Shown piece by piece: positions 1-9,845 of a stretch of DNA of 64,000 bases. A program made the position numbers and the translations under genes. The first letter of the stretch is position 1. Each line of letters begins with the position of its first letter. This DNA comes from Planctomycetota bacterium (GTDB lineage: Bacteria > Planctomycetota > UBA1135 > UBA2386). The notes below the pieces were generated by a model. That model searched no databases and was not told the origin of the DNA. It was given only the letters and a program-made list of their open reading frames with translations. Where the stretch lies: contig JBKAGP010000001.1 in the NCBI GenBank assembly GCA_046290465.1, positions 3,680,001-3,744,000 of the forward strand, written 5' to 3'.

Positions 1-809
1 GCCACCACGTGAGCAATGTGACGCCGATCCGAATGATCGTTCCTAGTCCTCCCCGGGCCGATCAAACCTTGAACTCGCTTGAGGGCCTTGTCGAAGTCAG
101 CTCCATCGCCCTCCGTGACTTCGAAGTCCCTTGCTCGAGCCTCGTGGTGTTTGCGCCGCCCCTTGTCCCGACCTCGACTGATCTCGACGTCGATTTCGGG
201 CGTTAGCGACAACTTGATGAAGTCGGATAGCCAGTCTTCAAGTAGAGCCTCCGATTCGTGGGAATCCGACGACACGCGGACAAAATCATAAAATACTTGC
301 GCATCAATCGCCGCGACTGGAAGCACCTGCTGCGCATCGACACCATCGAACAGACTGGATCCGGATATATGGTAACGCCATATCGTTAGCGGCTTCCGAT
401 CCCTCCCTCGCCCAACGGCATCACCGGCACGTCGAAATCCAAGCTGTGGCCACACGTCGTTCTCTTCATAGTCATTACGGCAGCGAACGCGTATCGAAGA
501 CAGATGGCGTGCTCTCTGTTTGAGTTCGTCGAACAGCGCGCGAGCGACACCCTCGCCTCGAAACCGTTTGTCGACGCAAAGGTGAGCAATGACCGCCGTC
601 TCTGACCGCCGGTTTACTCGATACATGAGGTAGCCGGCGAGTGCGCTGTCATCAGGCAAGCTCGCTACAACGATCGTGCGTTGATTGGCCTCGAACGCCC
701 CTCTCGGCATGAATCCGAGTGTCGACTTGTTCGAGTCTCCCAGCTTGATGACCGCCTCGAGTAGGCGACAACGGTCGCTGAGCCCTCCCACCACTAGTCC
801 TTCTACCAT
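1..809 (-). CDS. GNAT acetyltransferase-PIN domain fusion protein (3' end runs off the window)
   Basis: Absent from the ORF track because it has no stop in the window. Manual translation from ATG 809 stays open to base 1: MVEGLVVGGLSDRCRLLEAVIKLGDSNKSTLGFMPRGAF...IAHLCVDKRFRGEGVARALF (GNAT motif A)...WPQLGF...AAIDAQVFYDF...LTPEIDVEISR...SDRRHIAH (PIN-like acidic motifs). Confidence 0.8.
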   Translation of the reverse strand, partial: MVEGLVVGGLSDRCRLLEAVIKLGDSNKSTLGFMPRGAFEANQRTIVVASLPDDSALAGYLMYRVNRRSETAVIAHLCVDKRFRGEGVARALFDELKQRARHLSSIRVRCRNDYEENDVWPQLGFRRAGDAVGRGRDRKPLTIWRYHISGSSLFDGVDAQQVLPVAAIDAQVFYDFVRVSSDSHESEALLEDWLSDFIKLSLTPEIDVEISRGRDKGRRKHHEARARDFEVTEGDGADFDKALKRVQGLIGPGRTRNDHSDRRHIAHVV

Positions 810-1159
810 CGCCGGAGCATGGTATTAGCACAGGGAGACTCTGAGCGCCACAAGTCCAGGGATGGTTGAGCTTCCGCGGACAAGGGAACCTCACGCGGCG
901 CCGCGCTGCTTCGAAGCGCCCGCGCCAACTCGCCACGTGATGTCAAGCACGTCCCTGATGCGCTTCATCGCCGACTCAGCAACATGGCGTCATCTCACCC
1001 AAAGCTCGCAATCTGTTCGGCGCGATACGGTGTGGCAACTCCTGGACGTCCAACTAAAAAGACGGGCTTAGAAGGCGGTTGCACGACCCGATCGCAAAGC
1101 AGCGATGGCCGCACTGCGAGTTCGGGCTCTCCTAGACCCCCGAATTCAGACAACAAGAA
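1..1159. mobile_element. Right edge of a probable genomic island at the tRNA-Val 3' end
   Basis: Visibly lower GC and many A/T-ending codons start right at the tRNA CCA end, with accessory-type cargo. No integrase or att repeat is visible in the window. Confidence 0.55.
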
Positions 1160-1236
<77 letters not shown>

Positions 1237-1274
1237 CGACCGGGCGCACAGTCTACCGAGCCGACACCGCTGTT

Positions 1275-1736
1275 CTAGCCGTCACCTTCCGTCGTCGAAT
1301 CCGGCTTCGAGGCCCGTGGGATCTCCGGAGCATCCAGTGGCGTGTAGTCGAAGCTGGTGACCGGGTTGGGCTGGTCGATCCAGGCGCGGCGGAAGGTCCA
1401 GTCGAGCAGGTCGGCGGGGGCGCCGAAGAGGGCGTGGCAGCCGGCGGCGAGGCCGGTAGCGGGGAACATGATCAGCTCGTCCTTGCTGTGCTCGCCGAGG
1501 CCTTCGTCGCAGAGTTCGCTCAGCGGCCAAGTGATCGGCAGCAGCGCGACCGACGCGACGCCGCCGACGATGCCGCCGATCCAGCCGCCGACGCCGGCGG
1601 TCGTGCGCACCCAGGCAGGGCGGCCGAACTCCGGCGGCGGGCTGCTGTCGCCGAGCTGCTCGATCGTGTTCGGGATCGAGCAGGCGCCGAAGAACAGGAC
1701 CGGCAACAGGGACCAGCGGGACAGCCGTCGCGTCAT
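1275..1736 (-). CDS. Hypothetical lipoprotein
   Basis: Start MTRRLSRWSLLPVLFFGAC (lipobox); hydrophobic glycine-zipper segment. Confidence 0.7.
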   Translation of the reverse strand: MTRRLSRWSLLPVLFFGACSIPNTIEQLGDSSPPPEFGRPAWVRTTAGVGGWIGGIVGGVASVALLPITWPLSELCDEGLGEHSKDELIMFPATGLAAGCHALFGAPADLLDWTFRRAWIDQPNPVTSFDYTPLDAPEIPRASKPDSTTEGDG

Positions 1737-1773
1737 GCGCGCATGGTAGCAGGCCGGCCCGGTGGCGCCCCGC

Positions 1774-2640
1774 CTACTTGCCGTTCTTGCGACGGTGCTC
1801 GTCCAGGCGAACGGCATCGCCGGCGGCGTCGTGCTTGTCGTCGAGCGCCCGCTGCAGGGCCTTGCGGGCGCTCATGCGCTGGCAGGCGCGGCGCAGGCGC
1901 TCGGCGACGATCGGGTCGCCGTCCTCGTGCTCGCGCACCAGCTTCTCGGCGTGCTCGATCACGAAGCCGGCGGACTCGAGGTCGCCCTTGACGATCCAGG
2001 CCTTGGCCAGGAAGTCCGCCGCGTCGATCGCCTGCCGCGGCGACGGCGCCGACTCGAGCGCCGCCTGGAACCGGGCGATCGCCGCGTCGATCTTGTCCTG
2101 GCTCTGCAGCATGCGCGCCATCCACAGACGCGCGCGCTGGGCGCGACTGGTCGCCGGGTCGACCTTCTCGGCGGCGGCGTAGGACTTCATCGCCTCCTCG
2201 AGGCGTTGCTGGCGGCGCTGCATGTCGGCGGCGCCGAGCAGGCCGCGCTGGCCGTACCGCGGTGCATCGCAGCTGGCCGCGTGCAGGTAGTCCTTCTCGG
2301 CGAGCAGCAGGCTGCCGTGGCGGCGCCACAGCTCGGCGGCCGACCATGCGGCGAGCGCCGCGGCCCGCGGCTCGGCTTCGAACCTCGCGACGCAGCGATC
2401 GAACGCCGACGCCGCCAGCTCGAGCGAACGCGCCCGCTCCGGCCCGTTCTTGCCGCGGCTGGCCTTGGCCAGCGCGCGCGCCTCGCCGATCGCGGCGCGC
2501 GCCGCGTCGCTGAGCTTGGGCGCGGTCGCGACCTTCTTGCTCGGCTCGTCGACCTTCGGCTCGACCTCCCCGGCCTGGGCGCACAGCGCCGCCACCGACA
2601 GCCAACCGACCAACAACATGCGAACGTCCTTCATCGTCAT
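1774..2640 (-). CDS. Exported TPR-repeat protein
   Basis: Signal peptide MTMKDVRMLLVGWLSVAALCAQ and Ala-rich helical repeats; ATGA overlap with the upstream sigma factor. Confidence 0.75.
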   Translation of the reverse strand: MTMKDVRMLLVGWLSVAALCAQAGEVEPKVDEPSKKVATAPKLSDAARAAIGEARALAKASRGKNGPERARSLELAASAFDRCVARFEAEPRAAALAAWSAAELWRRHGSLLLAEKDYLHAASCDAPRYGQRGLLGAADMQRRQQRLEEAMKSYAAAEKVDPATSRAQRARLWMARMLQSQDKIDAAIARFQAALESAPSPRQAIDAADFLAKAWIVKGDLESAGFVIEHAEKLVREHEDGDPIVAERLRRACQRMSARKALQRALDDKHDAAGDAVRLDEHRRKNGK

Positions 2641-3215
2641 CTCCGACCCTCCTCTTCTTCTCGATCGTCGAACCCGGCCGCACCGCGGACGAGTCCTTCC
2701 AACAGTCGCTGCACGCGTCGCCGCGCGCGGTGGATGCGGGTCTTGACGCACGCCTCGGTCCGACCGAAGCGGTGCGCAAGCTCCGCACAACAGAAGCCCT
2801 CGTGGAAGCCGAGCAGCAGGTGCTGGTCCAGCTCGGGCAGACGGTCCAGGACACGGTCGAGCCGATGCACGGCCCAGCCGAGCGGCACGGTGCGGGCGCC
2901 GATGCGCAGCGAGGCCTCGTCGGGCACGCGCGCGATGGGATCGTCCACGCCGTCGTCGCCGAACGGCACCAGCTGCAGCGGGCCGCGGTCTTTGCACTGC
3001 CGCAGCTTGCGCAGCCGCTGCCGACGCGTGATCGTGCGCACCGCTGCCAACAGCCGCGAAGTGCGGTCGAGTCGACCGACCCACTGCCAGGCCAGCACCG
3101 CCGCGTCCTGCGCGATCTCGTCGCGCAGCGCGCAGGTCATCGGATCGCGGAAGCGACGCAGGTAGTCCTGCGCCGCCGCCACAACCTCTCGCCATCGCTG
3201 CTCCCCCCGCTCCAT
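2637..3215 (-). CDS. ECF-type RNA polymerase sigma factor (divergent)
   Basis: Region-2-like RDEIAQDAAVLAW; region-4 HTH LDRLPELDQHLLLGFHEGFCCAELAHRFGRTEACVKTRIHRARRRV. Confidence 0.75.
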   Translation of the reverse strand: MERGEQRWREVVAAAQDYLRRFRDPMTCALRDEIAQDAAVLAWQWVGRLDRTSRLLAAVRTITRRQRLRKLRQCKDRGPLQLVPFGDDGVDDPIARVPDEASLRIGARTVPLGWAVHRLDRVLDRLPELDQHLLLGFHEGFCCAELAHRFGRTEACVKTRIHRARRRVQRLLEGLVRGAAGFDDREEEEGRR

Positions 3216-3260
3216 GCACGGGCTAGTGGCAGCGGGGCGCGCACAGTGCGCCTCGAAAAC

Positions 3261-3965
3261 CTACGCGGTGACCTGGTCTTCGCGCGCGGCCTCGAGCACG
3301 TCCTCGCGCGCCTGCTGGCCGGTCAACTCCGCGATGCGCTGCATGATCAGGCGCGTCGCGTTCTGCAGGCGCTCACGTCGACCACCGCCCAGCGCGTCGA
3401 TCTCCTCGGGCAGGATCGGCCGGCCGTAGCGCACGACGACCTTCTTGAAGCGCGGCAGGATCGCCCCTGACGGCAGCGCCTCGGCGGCGCCGACCAGACC
3501 GACCGGCACGATCGGCAGGCCCTCGTTGAGCACCAGCGACACCGCGCCGGGACTGCCGAGCATCAGCTTGCCGTCGCGGCTGAGGCCGCCCTCCGGAAAG
3601 ATGCCGACGACCCGCTGCTGCTTCAGCACGGTCCTCGCCGCGCGCAGCGCCTCGCGGTTGCCGCCGCGCGCGCTCAGCGGGATCGTGCGGTTCCAGCGAT
3701 AGAACCAGCCAGCACCCGCCGAACGCCAGACCGTCTCGGTCATCAGGTAGATGACGCGGCGCCGCACCGACGCGCCGAGGATCACCGGATCGAGGAACGA
3801 CGTGTGGTTGGCGGCGAGCACGTAGCCGCCGCTCGCCGGCGGGGCACCCTCGACGCGCCAGCGGAAGCAGATCCGCATCATCAGGCGCACCCCGAAGCGG
3901 AACGCCCAGAACAGGGCTCTGTCCCACCGGGGCGGCGGGGTCGAGAGTCGGTCGTAGTCGATCAC
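3261..3965 (-). CDS. plsC: Lysophospholipid (1-acyl-sn-glycerol-3-phosphate) acyltransferase family
   Basis: NHTSFLD (HxxxxD) and IFPEGG motifs. Confidence 0.85.
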   Translation of the reverse strand: MIDYDRLSTPPPRWDRALFWAFRFGVRLMMRICFRWRVEGAPPASGGYVLAANHTSFLDPVILGASVRRRVIYLMTETVWRSAGAGWFYRWNRTIPLSARGGNREALRAARTVLKQQRVVGIFPEGGLSRDGKLMLGSPGAVSLVLNEGLPIVPVGLVGAAEALPSGAILPRFKKVVVRYGRPILPEEIDALGGGRRERLQNATRLIMQRIAELTGQQAREDVLEAAREDQVTA

Positions 3966-3999
3966 GGTCGGTCGGTGATGCTACGACAGGAGCCGCGGC

Positions 4000-5028
4000 T
4001 CAGCGCGACTTGGCCAGCTTGGCCCACTCCGAGTTCGGGTACTCGTTGAACAGCAGGCCGCGGCAGCGGCCGACGATGTAGACGTATTCCGGGCCCTGCC
4101 ACTTCCGCGCCGCCTGCGCGGCGTGGTAGAGCGCTTCGGCCTGCAGGCTCGGCCACGCGTCGCGGGTCTCGAGGCGAACGCGCAGGAAGTAGAGCAGCGC
4201 CTGCTTGGCCGCATCCTTGCCGCCTTCGCCCTCGAGGTCGATCAGACCGAGGCCGAGGTAGGCGCCGGCGCGGGCGCTGTCGTCGACGGCGTCCTTGCCG
4301 ACGATCTCCTCGTAGATGCGCTTGGCGCCGTCGGCCTCACCGCTCTTGCGCATGCTGTGCGCGAGCTCGATGTTGGCGCGGCTGGCGACGATCGGGTTGG
4401 TGCTGCGGGCGCGGCTGACGATCGTCTTGAGCTTCTTCTGGAAGTCGGCGGGCGAGCTCTTCTCGGCGAGAGCCTGGAAGAACGATGCCTCGATCGCAAA
4501 CGCGTCCGGCCAGGCGCCGCCGATCGCATCGGTCTCGTACTTCTTGGCGACCTTCAGCGCGTCCGGGCTGCCGACGCCCATGTAGTACTCGAACTTGAGG
4601 CGGTAGACCTCGGGCAGCGCGCCGCCTTCCTTGTATTCCTTGGCCAGCTCGTTGAGCGTGGCGATCGCCTGGGCCGGGTTGCCCTCGTCGAGGAAGCGGT
4701 TGGCGCACGCGACGTAGCCGACCTGCGCCATCACGTCGTTCTTGGCCTTCACCTGCTCACCGACGAGCGTCAGCATCAGCGCCGCGTCCTCGAGGCCACG
4801 GGCGTAGACCGACTTGAACTTGCCCAGCTCCAGCTTGGCGACACGGTCGGTCTCGACCGACTCGGTGCCGCTGCCGCGCTTGTAGCGAACGCTGCGGATC
4901 CCGTACTCCGTGACCTGGCACTTCTCGACCACCGTGCCGTTGACCAGGTGGATCTTGTCGGACTGGGCGGTCGCCACGTTGGCGGCCAGCAGGGCGAAGA
5001 GAGTTGCTGCGAGGATCTTGGACGTCAT
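4000..5028 (-). CDS. Exported TPR-like protein
   Basis: Signal peptide MTSKILAATLFALLAANVATAQ, an N-terminal DKIHLVNG beta domain and helical repeats ending YPNSEWAK. Confidence 0.75.
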   Translation of the reverse strand: MTSKILAATLFALLAANVATAQSDKIHLVNGTVVEKCQVTEYGIRSVRYKRGSGTESVETDRVAKLELGKFKSVYARGLEDAALMLTLVGEQVKAKNDVMAQVGYVACANRFLDEGNPAQAIATLNELAKEYKEGGALPEVYRLKFEYYMGVGSPDALKVAKKYETDAIGGAWPDAFAIEASFFQALAEKSSPADFQKKLKTIVSRARSTNPIVASRANIELAHSMRKSGEADGAKRIYEEIVGKDAVDDSARAGAYLGLGLIDLEGEGGKDAAKQALLYFLRVRLETRDAWPSLQAEALYHAAQAARKWQGPEYVYIVGRCRGLLFNEYPNSEWAKLAKSR

Positions 5029-5202
5029 CTGGGATCGCGGAGGGTCTTGGTGACCAGTCGGGAGGGGGCGAACATTCTGCCGATCGGGGTCCGTCGGCAC
5101 AACGGCGCGGCCCCCTGGGAGGTTCGGTCGGGCGGCAGATCGGGCCACGATGCGCCCGGAGGACGGCGCCGGAGCGGGTCCGTTCGTGCGGTTCGCCGCA
5201 GA

Positions 5203-6117
5203 TCAGGCGTCGGCGACCGGAAGGTCCCGAACCCCTTCGTTGCGGGCCTTCTGCGCGCTGCGCTCGTCCCAACTGCCGTGCAGGTCGTGGCCGAGGCGGC
5301 GCACCGCGATCAGTTCGGCGACGACGCTGACCGCGATCTCCTCGTGGGTCCGGCTGCCGAGATACGCCCCCATCGGCGTGCGCACCGAGTCGAGGAAGTC
5401 GTCGCCGACGCCCTGCTCGCGCAGGTGCTTCCACAAGAGCGCCTGCTTGGTCTTGCTGCCGATCATGCCGAGGAACCGCAGCCGGTCACCGCCGGCGAAG
5501 CGCTGCGCCAGCGCCGCGAGCACGACGCCGTCCTCCTTGTGGCCACGGGTCACGATGACCGCATAGCTGTTCTGGCGGATCGGCATCCGCGCGACCGCGT
5601 CCGGATAGGCGCCGCCGACCGTCGCGTGCGCCTCGGGGAAGCGTTCGCCGGTCGCGTAGTCCTCGCGGTCGTCGACGATGGTCGTGCGGAAGCCCGCCAG
5701 CGCGGCGACCTGGCACAGCGCCTTGCTGACGTGGCCGCCGCCGAAGATCCACAGCACAGGAGTCGTGATCGGTTCCACGAAGATCGTCACCTCCCCGCCA
5801 CACATCAGGCCGCTGTCCGGCGAGTCCTTCTCGGTAAGCCGGAACTGCAGCGACTGCGGCTTCTCGTCGGCGAGCACCTGCAGCGCCGCGTCGTAGACCT
5901 CGGCCTCGAGGCAGCCGCCGCCGACCGTGCCGAGGAACGTTCCGTCGGCCAACACCAGCAGCCGCATGGTCGCGCGGCCAGGGGTCGATCCACGCGTGCC
6001 GACGATGGTCGCGAGGGCGGCGGGAATGCCCTCGGCGCGCAGGCGCACGATCTCTTCGAAGATGTCGGGTTGGGCGGCCAAGGCGATCCAGACTAGGACG
6101 GAACGGCCCTCACGCAA
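5203..6117 (-). CDS. xdhC: XdhC/CoxI family molybdoenzyme maturation factor (start uncertain, possibly TTG 6081)
   Basis: GSTPG...GTVGGGCLE, CGG, FGGGHVS, VTRGHKED and GMIGSK motifs. Confidence 0.88.
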   Translation of the reverse strand: MREGRSVLVWIALAAQPDIFEEIVRLRAEGIPAALATIVGTRGSTPGRATMRLLVLADGTFLGTVGGGCLEAEVYDAALQVLADEKPQSLQFRLTEKDSPDSGLMCGGEVTIFVEPITTPVLWIFGGGHVSKALCQVAALAGFRTTIVDDREDYATGERFPEAHATVGGAYPDAVARMPIRQNSYAVIVTRGHKEDGVVLAALAQRFAGGDRLRFLGMIGSKTKQALLWKHLREQGVGDDFLDSVRTPMGAYLGSRTHEEIAVSVVAELIAVRRLGHDLHGSWDERSAQKARNEGVRDLPVADA

Positions 6118-6667
6118 AGTGCGCGCGCACGTCGGCGTCGCTCATCTGCTGCAGCGCACGGCGGCCGGCGGCGGACGCGCGGGTCTTGACGACCAGGTAG
6201 TCGTCGCGACGCGAGCAGCCGGGACAGCGGCCGTAGCGCACCTGCTCGACGACGACGCGGTCGCCGCAGGAGCCACACATTCGCAGGTAGAGGAAGCGCC
6301 TGCTCGGCCGCCGCCGCAGGTCGTCGACCGGCAGGGTGTGGGTGACGTTGGGCTCCTGGCCCGCGATCCGCATCAGCGACCGCCAGTGCCGGCCGTGTGC
6401 CGGGATGTTGGCGCCGAACAGGCGGAAGGCGGCGACGTGGGCGGCTTCGTGGATCAGCACGCCGTCGATCTCGTGCGGCACGCGCGCCAGCAGCCGCGGG
6501 TTGAGCTCGATGCAGCCGCGCCGCACGTAGGCGCGACCGGCGGTGGTCGACAGGCGTGCGTTCCAGACCACGTCGACTTCGGTGTCGAGCACGCGCCAGG
6601 CCTCGAACAGTTCGGCGCAGCGCTGCTGCAGCTGTCGGGGGGTCGGCAGGTCCTCGGTCACGGTCAC
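6110..6667 (-). CDS. SprT-like zinc metalloprotease
   Basis: WNARLSTTAGRA, HEAAH, HGRHW and C-terminal Cys pairs. Confidence 0.85.
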   Translation of the reverse strand: MTVTEDLPTPRQLQQRCAELFEAWRVLDTEVDVVWNARLSTTAGRAYVRRGCIELNPRLLARVPHEIDGVLIHEAAHVAAFRLFGANIPAHGRHWRSLMRIAGQEPNVTHTLPVDDLRRRPSRRFLYLRMCGSCGDRVVVEQVRYGRCPGCSRRDDYLVVKTRASAAGRRALQQMSDADVRAHFA

Positions 6668-6732
6668 GCGGCAGAGCCTAGCAGGGCGCAGCCGAGCGGA
6701 CACCTCGTTCGCGTCCGGGTGCGGCGCCGACG

Positions 6733-7167
6733 CTACTGGCGCTGGTCGGCCAGCGAGCGCCGGCCGAAGTCGCGCAGCGCGACCGGCAGCGACATCAGGC
6801 CGAGTCCGATCAGCGCCATCGGCGCGACGAACTCGAGGTTGGGCATGTAGATGATGCCGGTGTAGCCGAGCACCAGCAGGCCGCCGCAGAGCAGGAACGC
6901 CATCCAGCCGACGGCGAACGCGGTGCGCTGCCAAAAGCCGGGCTGCAGGAAGAACGGTCGGTCGCCCTTCTGTTCGTCGGTCAGCGAGCGCAGCAGCTCC
7001 TGCCGGGTCGCGGGATCGAGGTCGGCGCGGTCGAGCGCCTTGTCGAGCACTTCGAGGCGCTGCTTGCGGGTCTCGAAGCGACGCTGGATGTAGGTGGTTC
7101 CGACCGCGATGACGGCGCCGGAGATGGCGCAGATCGAGGCCATGACGGCGATGTCTTCGCTATGCAT
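6733..7167 (-). CDS. Hypothetical 3-TM membrane protein (paralog of 7236-7643)
   Basis: N-terminal TM, charged helical linker and two C-terminal TMs with AVGW. Confidence 0.75.
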   Translation of the reverse strand: MHSEDIAVMASICAISGAVIAVGTTYIQRRFETRKQRLEVLDKALDRADLDPATRQELLRSLTDEQKGDRPFFLQPGFWQRTAFAVGWMAFLLCGGLLVLGYTGIIYMPNLEFVAPMALIGLGLMSLPVALRDFGRRSLADQRQ

Positions 7168-7195
7168 GGGACGAGGGCGGCGGGGGTCGTGGCGA

Positions 7196-7244
7196 ACTGC
7201 TGCGACGCTACTGCTGCGACACTACTGCTGAGACATTACTGCTG
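7196..7244. repeat. 14-bp tandem repeat, about 3.5 copies (actgctgcgacNct)
   Basis: actgctgcgacgct / actgctgcgacact / actgctgagacatt / actgctg; overlaps the stop codon of 7236-7643. Confidence 0.85.
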
Positions 7245-7643
7245 GGCGCGGCGCGCCTCGAGTTCGCGCAGCGCGAACGGGTAGGTGACGAGGCCGAAGC
7301 CGACGATCGACGTGATCACGCCGCCGGCCAGCGCGTCCTTCTCGTGGGTCATCTCGCCGAACACCCAGCAGCCGATGCCGGCGAACAGCGCGATCCAGCC
7401 GACCGCGAGGATGATCGCCATCAGCGGACTCGACCCCGGCTTCTTCGGACCGCGGGCGCCGGTCAGCTGGAACGTCAGGCTCTCGATCGTGGCCCGGTCG
7501 ATCGCCGGGTTCTTGAGCGCTTCCTCGAGCAGCTTGACCTTCTCGGTGCGCGACTGGACCCGCGCATCCATCCAGCCCTTGATCAACGCGAACACGAAGA
7601 TCGTGATCAGCACGGGTACGACGAAGAACGCGATCTCTTCCAT
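7236..7643 (-). CDS. Hypothetical 3-TM membrane protein (paralog of 6733-7167)
   Basis: Same architecture and shared motifs (LL..AL...D.AT, AVGW, P.ALR). Confidence 0.75.
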   Translation of the reverse strand: MEEIAFFVVPVLITIFVFALIKGWMDARVQSRTEKVKLLEEALKNPAIDRATIESLTFQLTGARGPKKPGSSPLMAIILAVGWIALFAGIGCWVFGEMTHEKDALAGGVITSIVGFGLVTYPFALRELEARRAQQ

Positions 7644-7711
7644 GGGCTGGGGTCCGGGTCGGTGGCGGCGCGGGGATACGGGCCGCCTCGATTGTATTCG
7701 CGATCCGTCGT

Positions 7712-8398
7712 CTACGAATCGAGCGGGCTGAGCCCCAGCCGCGTCAGGAACGCGTCGGGGTCGCCGTCCCAGACCCAGTCGGCCTCGTCGATCGTGCAGC
7801 GATCGTTGCGCCGCCAGACGAACGGCCAGCCGTGCGCGACCGCCGCCTCATGGTCCGGCTCGCGGTCGCCGACCATCACAACTCTTTGTGCAGAAGCAGC
7901 TTGCTGGGCCTCCCGCAGCATGTCGGTCTTGCTCTCGACGTTCTCGCTGTCGAGGCAGAACTGCCAATCCGTCAGCTGTCGCAGCCCCTGGCCGTCCTGC
8001 ATCGCGGCCAGGTATTCGCTGCGGCAGTTGCTGGCGAGCGCGACCTTGACGCCGATCTCACGCAGGTGGATCAGCAGCGGGCGGACCCCGGCGAACAGGT
8101 AGTCGACGCCGCGGCTGACCTCTTCGACCTCCATCGGCAGCACCACGCTGCGCAGGTCGAACCAGCGGTCCTGGTAGCCCTCGGGCAAGAACGGCGCCCA
8201 GACGCCGGCGTCCTTCATGCCGACGACGGCCTCCGCCGCCTGGCGGTCGGGCAGTTCGATCTCGATGCCCTCCTGCTCGGCGAAGCGCTGCACCCCGACG
8301 CGGATGACCGGCGCCCACCAGGCGAAGGTGTCGTGCAGGGTGCCGTCGACGTCGAAGATGACGAGGTCGGGGGGACAGTGTCGGTCTAGCAGGCTCAC
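7712..8398 (-). CDS. HAD-family hydrolase
   Basis: FDVDGTLHD motif I, ASN, K and MVGDR motif IV. Confidence 0.88.
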   Translation of the reverse strand: MSLLDRHCPPDLVIFDVDGTLHDTFAWWAPVIRVGVQRFAEQEGIEIELPDRQAAEAVVGMKDAGVWAPFLPEGYQDRWFDLRSVVLPMEVEEVSRGVDYLFAGVRPLLIHLREIGVKVALASNCRSEYLAAMQDGQGLRQLTDWQFCLDSENVESKTDMLREAQQAASAQRVVMVGDREPDHEAAVAHGWPFVWRRNDRCTIDEADWVWDGDPDAFLTRLGLSPLDS

Positions 8399-8425
8399 TG
8401 TTGCGGACTCACGTTCGGTCGGGGT

Positions 8426-8776
8426 TCAGAGGTAGACGATCTGGCGCACGCCCATGATCTCGAGTTCGCTCAGCAGCCGCGCGCGCGAGCCCTGCTGGAT
8501 GCGTGCCGACTCGCCGTCCCGCACCTTGGCGAGGCGCAGGCGCACGACGTAGCGCAGCAGTTCGGTCGGCTCCATCTCGCGGGTCGCCTGGCGCAGTTCG
8601 AGCACCAGCCGCTCGAGCGGGATGCGGCGCCGGTCGACGCGCACGAAGCCGTCGCCGAGCAGTTCGACGGACACCAGTCCGGCGCTGTAGTCGAACTCGG
8701 TGTCGATCGGCGGACCGCCCTCGCACGCGGCGAGCAGCAACGCGGCAGCGCACGACGTTCGCAGCCGCCGATTCAT
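8426..8776 (-). CDS. Small lipoprotein, ExbD/TolR periplasmic-domain-like
   Basis: Lipobox LLLAAC; the C-terminal LLSELEIMGVRQI resembles the ExbD end; ATGA-coupled to ridA. Confidence 0.55.
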   Translation of the reverse strand: MNRRLRTSCAAALLLAACEGGPPIDTEFDYSAGLVSVELLGDGFVRVDRRRIPLERLVLELRQATREMEPTELLRYVVRLRLAKVRDGESARIQQGSRARLLSELEIMGVRQIVYL

Positions 8777-9180
8777 CGTGCTGCGATCCCCTGGACCTCG
8801 ATCCGCGCGTCGGGATCGAACAGCGACACGACCTGGAACATGGCCATGCCCGGGTAGTGCTTGCCGCAGTGCTTGCGCCAGACGCGGCCGAACTCCTTGC
8901 GCGCGGTCGAGTAGTCGTTGCGCGACGTGACGTAGAAGTTGAGCTGCACGACGTCCTCGAACGCCATCTCGGCGTCGCGCAGGATCGCACCGATGTTGGC
9001 CATCGCCTGGTCGAGCTGGGCCGCGACGTCGCCCGGGTGCATCACGTGGCCCGCCTGGTCGTAGCCGCACTGGCCGGCCAGGTAGAGCGTGCGCTGGTCG
9101 CCGCCCGACTCGACCAGCCAGGCGTGGGCGAAGCCGACCGGCGGCGAGAGATCGTCGGGGTTGATGGCGCGTTTGGTCAT
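8773..9180 (-). CDS. RidA/YjgF family protein
   Basis: INPDDLSPPVGFAHA, LYLAGQ, YPGM and IEVQGIA motifs. Confidence 0.88.
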   Translation of the reverse strand: MTKRAINPDDLSPPVGFAHAWLVESGGDQRTLYLAGQCGYDQAGHVMHPGDVAAQLDQAMANIGAILRDAEMAFEDVVQLNFYVTSRNDYSTARKEFGRVWRKHCGKHYPGMAMFQVVSLFDPDARIEVQGIAAR

Positions 9181-9845
9181 GGCAGTTCGCGAAGGATCGC
9201 ACGCACCGGGCTCGAATCGCAACCGACGATGCGCAGCGGCAGCGCGATCAGTTCGTAGTCGCCCTCGGGCACGCCGCTCAGATCGAGGTTCTCGAGGATC
9301 GCGACGCCGCCCTCGTAGAGCGCGTGGTGGCCGCCGAGGTCCTTGTCGGTGGCGTGGTCCATGCTCGGCGTGTCGATGCCGACGAGCTTGACGCCGGCGT
9401 CGGCGAGCACCTTGCCCGCCGCCTCGCCGAGCGAGACGAAGTCCGGATCGAACGTCTTGTGGTCGTGCCGCGCGGCGGTGCGCAGCAGCACCCGTTCGGC
9501 GCCGTCGAGCACCTCGCGCGTCAGCGCTTCGGCCGGCACGCGCGGCGGCGAGCCGACCGGCGTCACCTCGACGACGCGGCATCGCCCCATGTAGGTGTGC
9601 AGGTCGACGCTGGCGATGTCCTGCCCGGCCGAGTCGTAGTGCAGCGGCGCGTCGGTGTGCGTGCCGACGTGCACCGACATGCGGATCGTGCTGACGTTGC
9701 ACGAAGCCCCCTGCGACATGCGCATCACCCATTCCTGCGAAAACGCGTTGTCGCCCGGAAACGTCGCGGTCGCCGGCTCGATCGGTTCGCTGATGTCCCA
9801 GATCCTGCGGTTCATCACCCTGCGACTGGTCCCCTCGCTGGTCAT
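9177..9845 (-). CDS. kynB: Kynurenine formamidase (cyclase family)
   Basis: HVGTHTDAPLH, GIDTPSMD, ENL and SPVRA motifs; adjacent to kynU. Confidence 0.88.
   Translation of the reverse strand: MTSEGTSRRVMNRRIWDISEPIEPATATFPGDNAFSQEWVMRMSQGASCNVSTIRMSVHVGTHTDAPLHYDSAGQDIASVDLHTYMGRCRVVEVTPVGSPPRVPAEALTREVLDGAERVLLRTAARHDHKTFDPDFVSLGEAAGKVLADAGVKLVGIDTPSMDHATDKDLGGHHALYEGGVAILENLDLSGVPEGDYELIALPLRIVGCDSSPVRAILRELP

Noticed and set aside
810..1159. Integrase or att site next to the tRNA, and short ORFs 652-936, 862-1071 and 984-1172
   Set aside because: No recombinase motifs or tRNA-end duplication in view; the short ORFs have no recognisable features.
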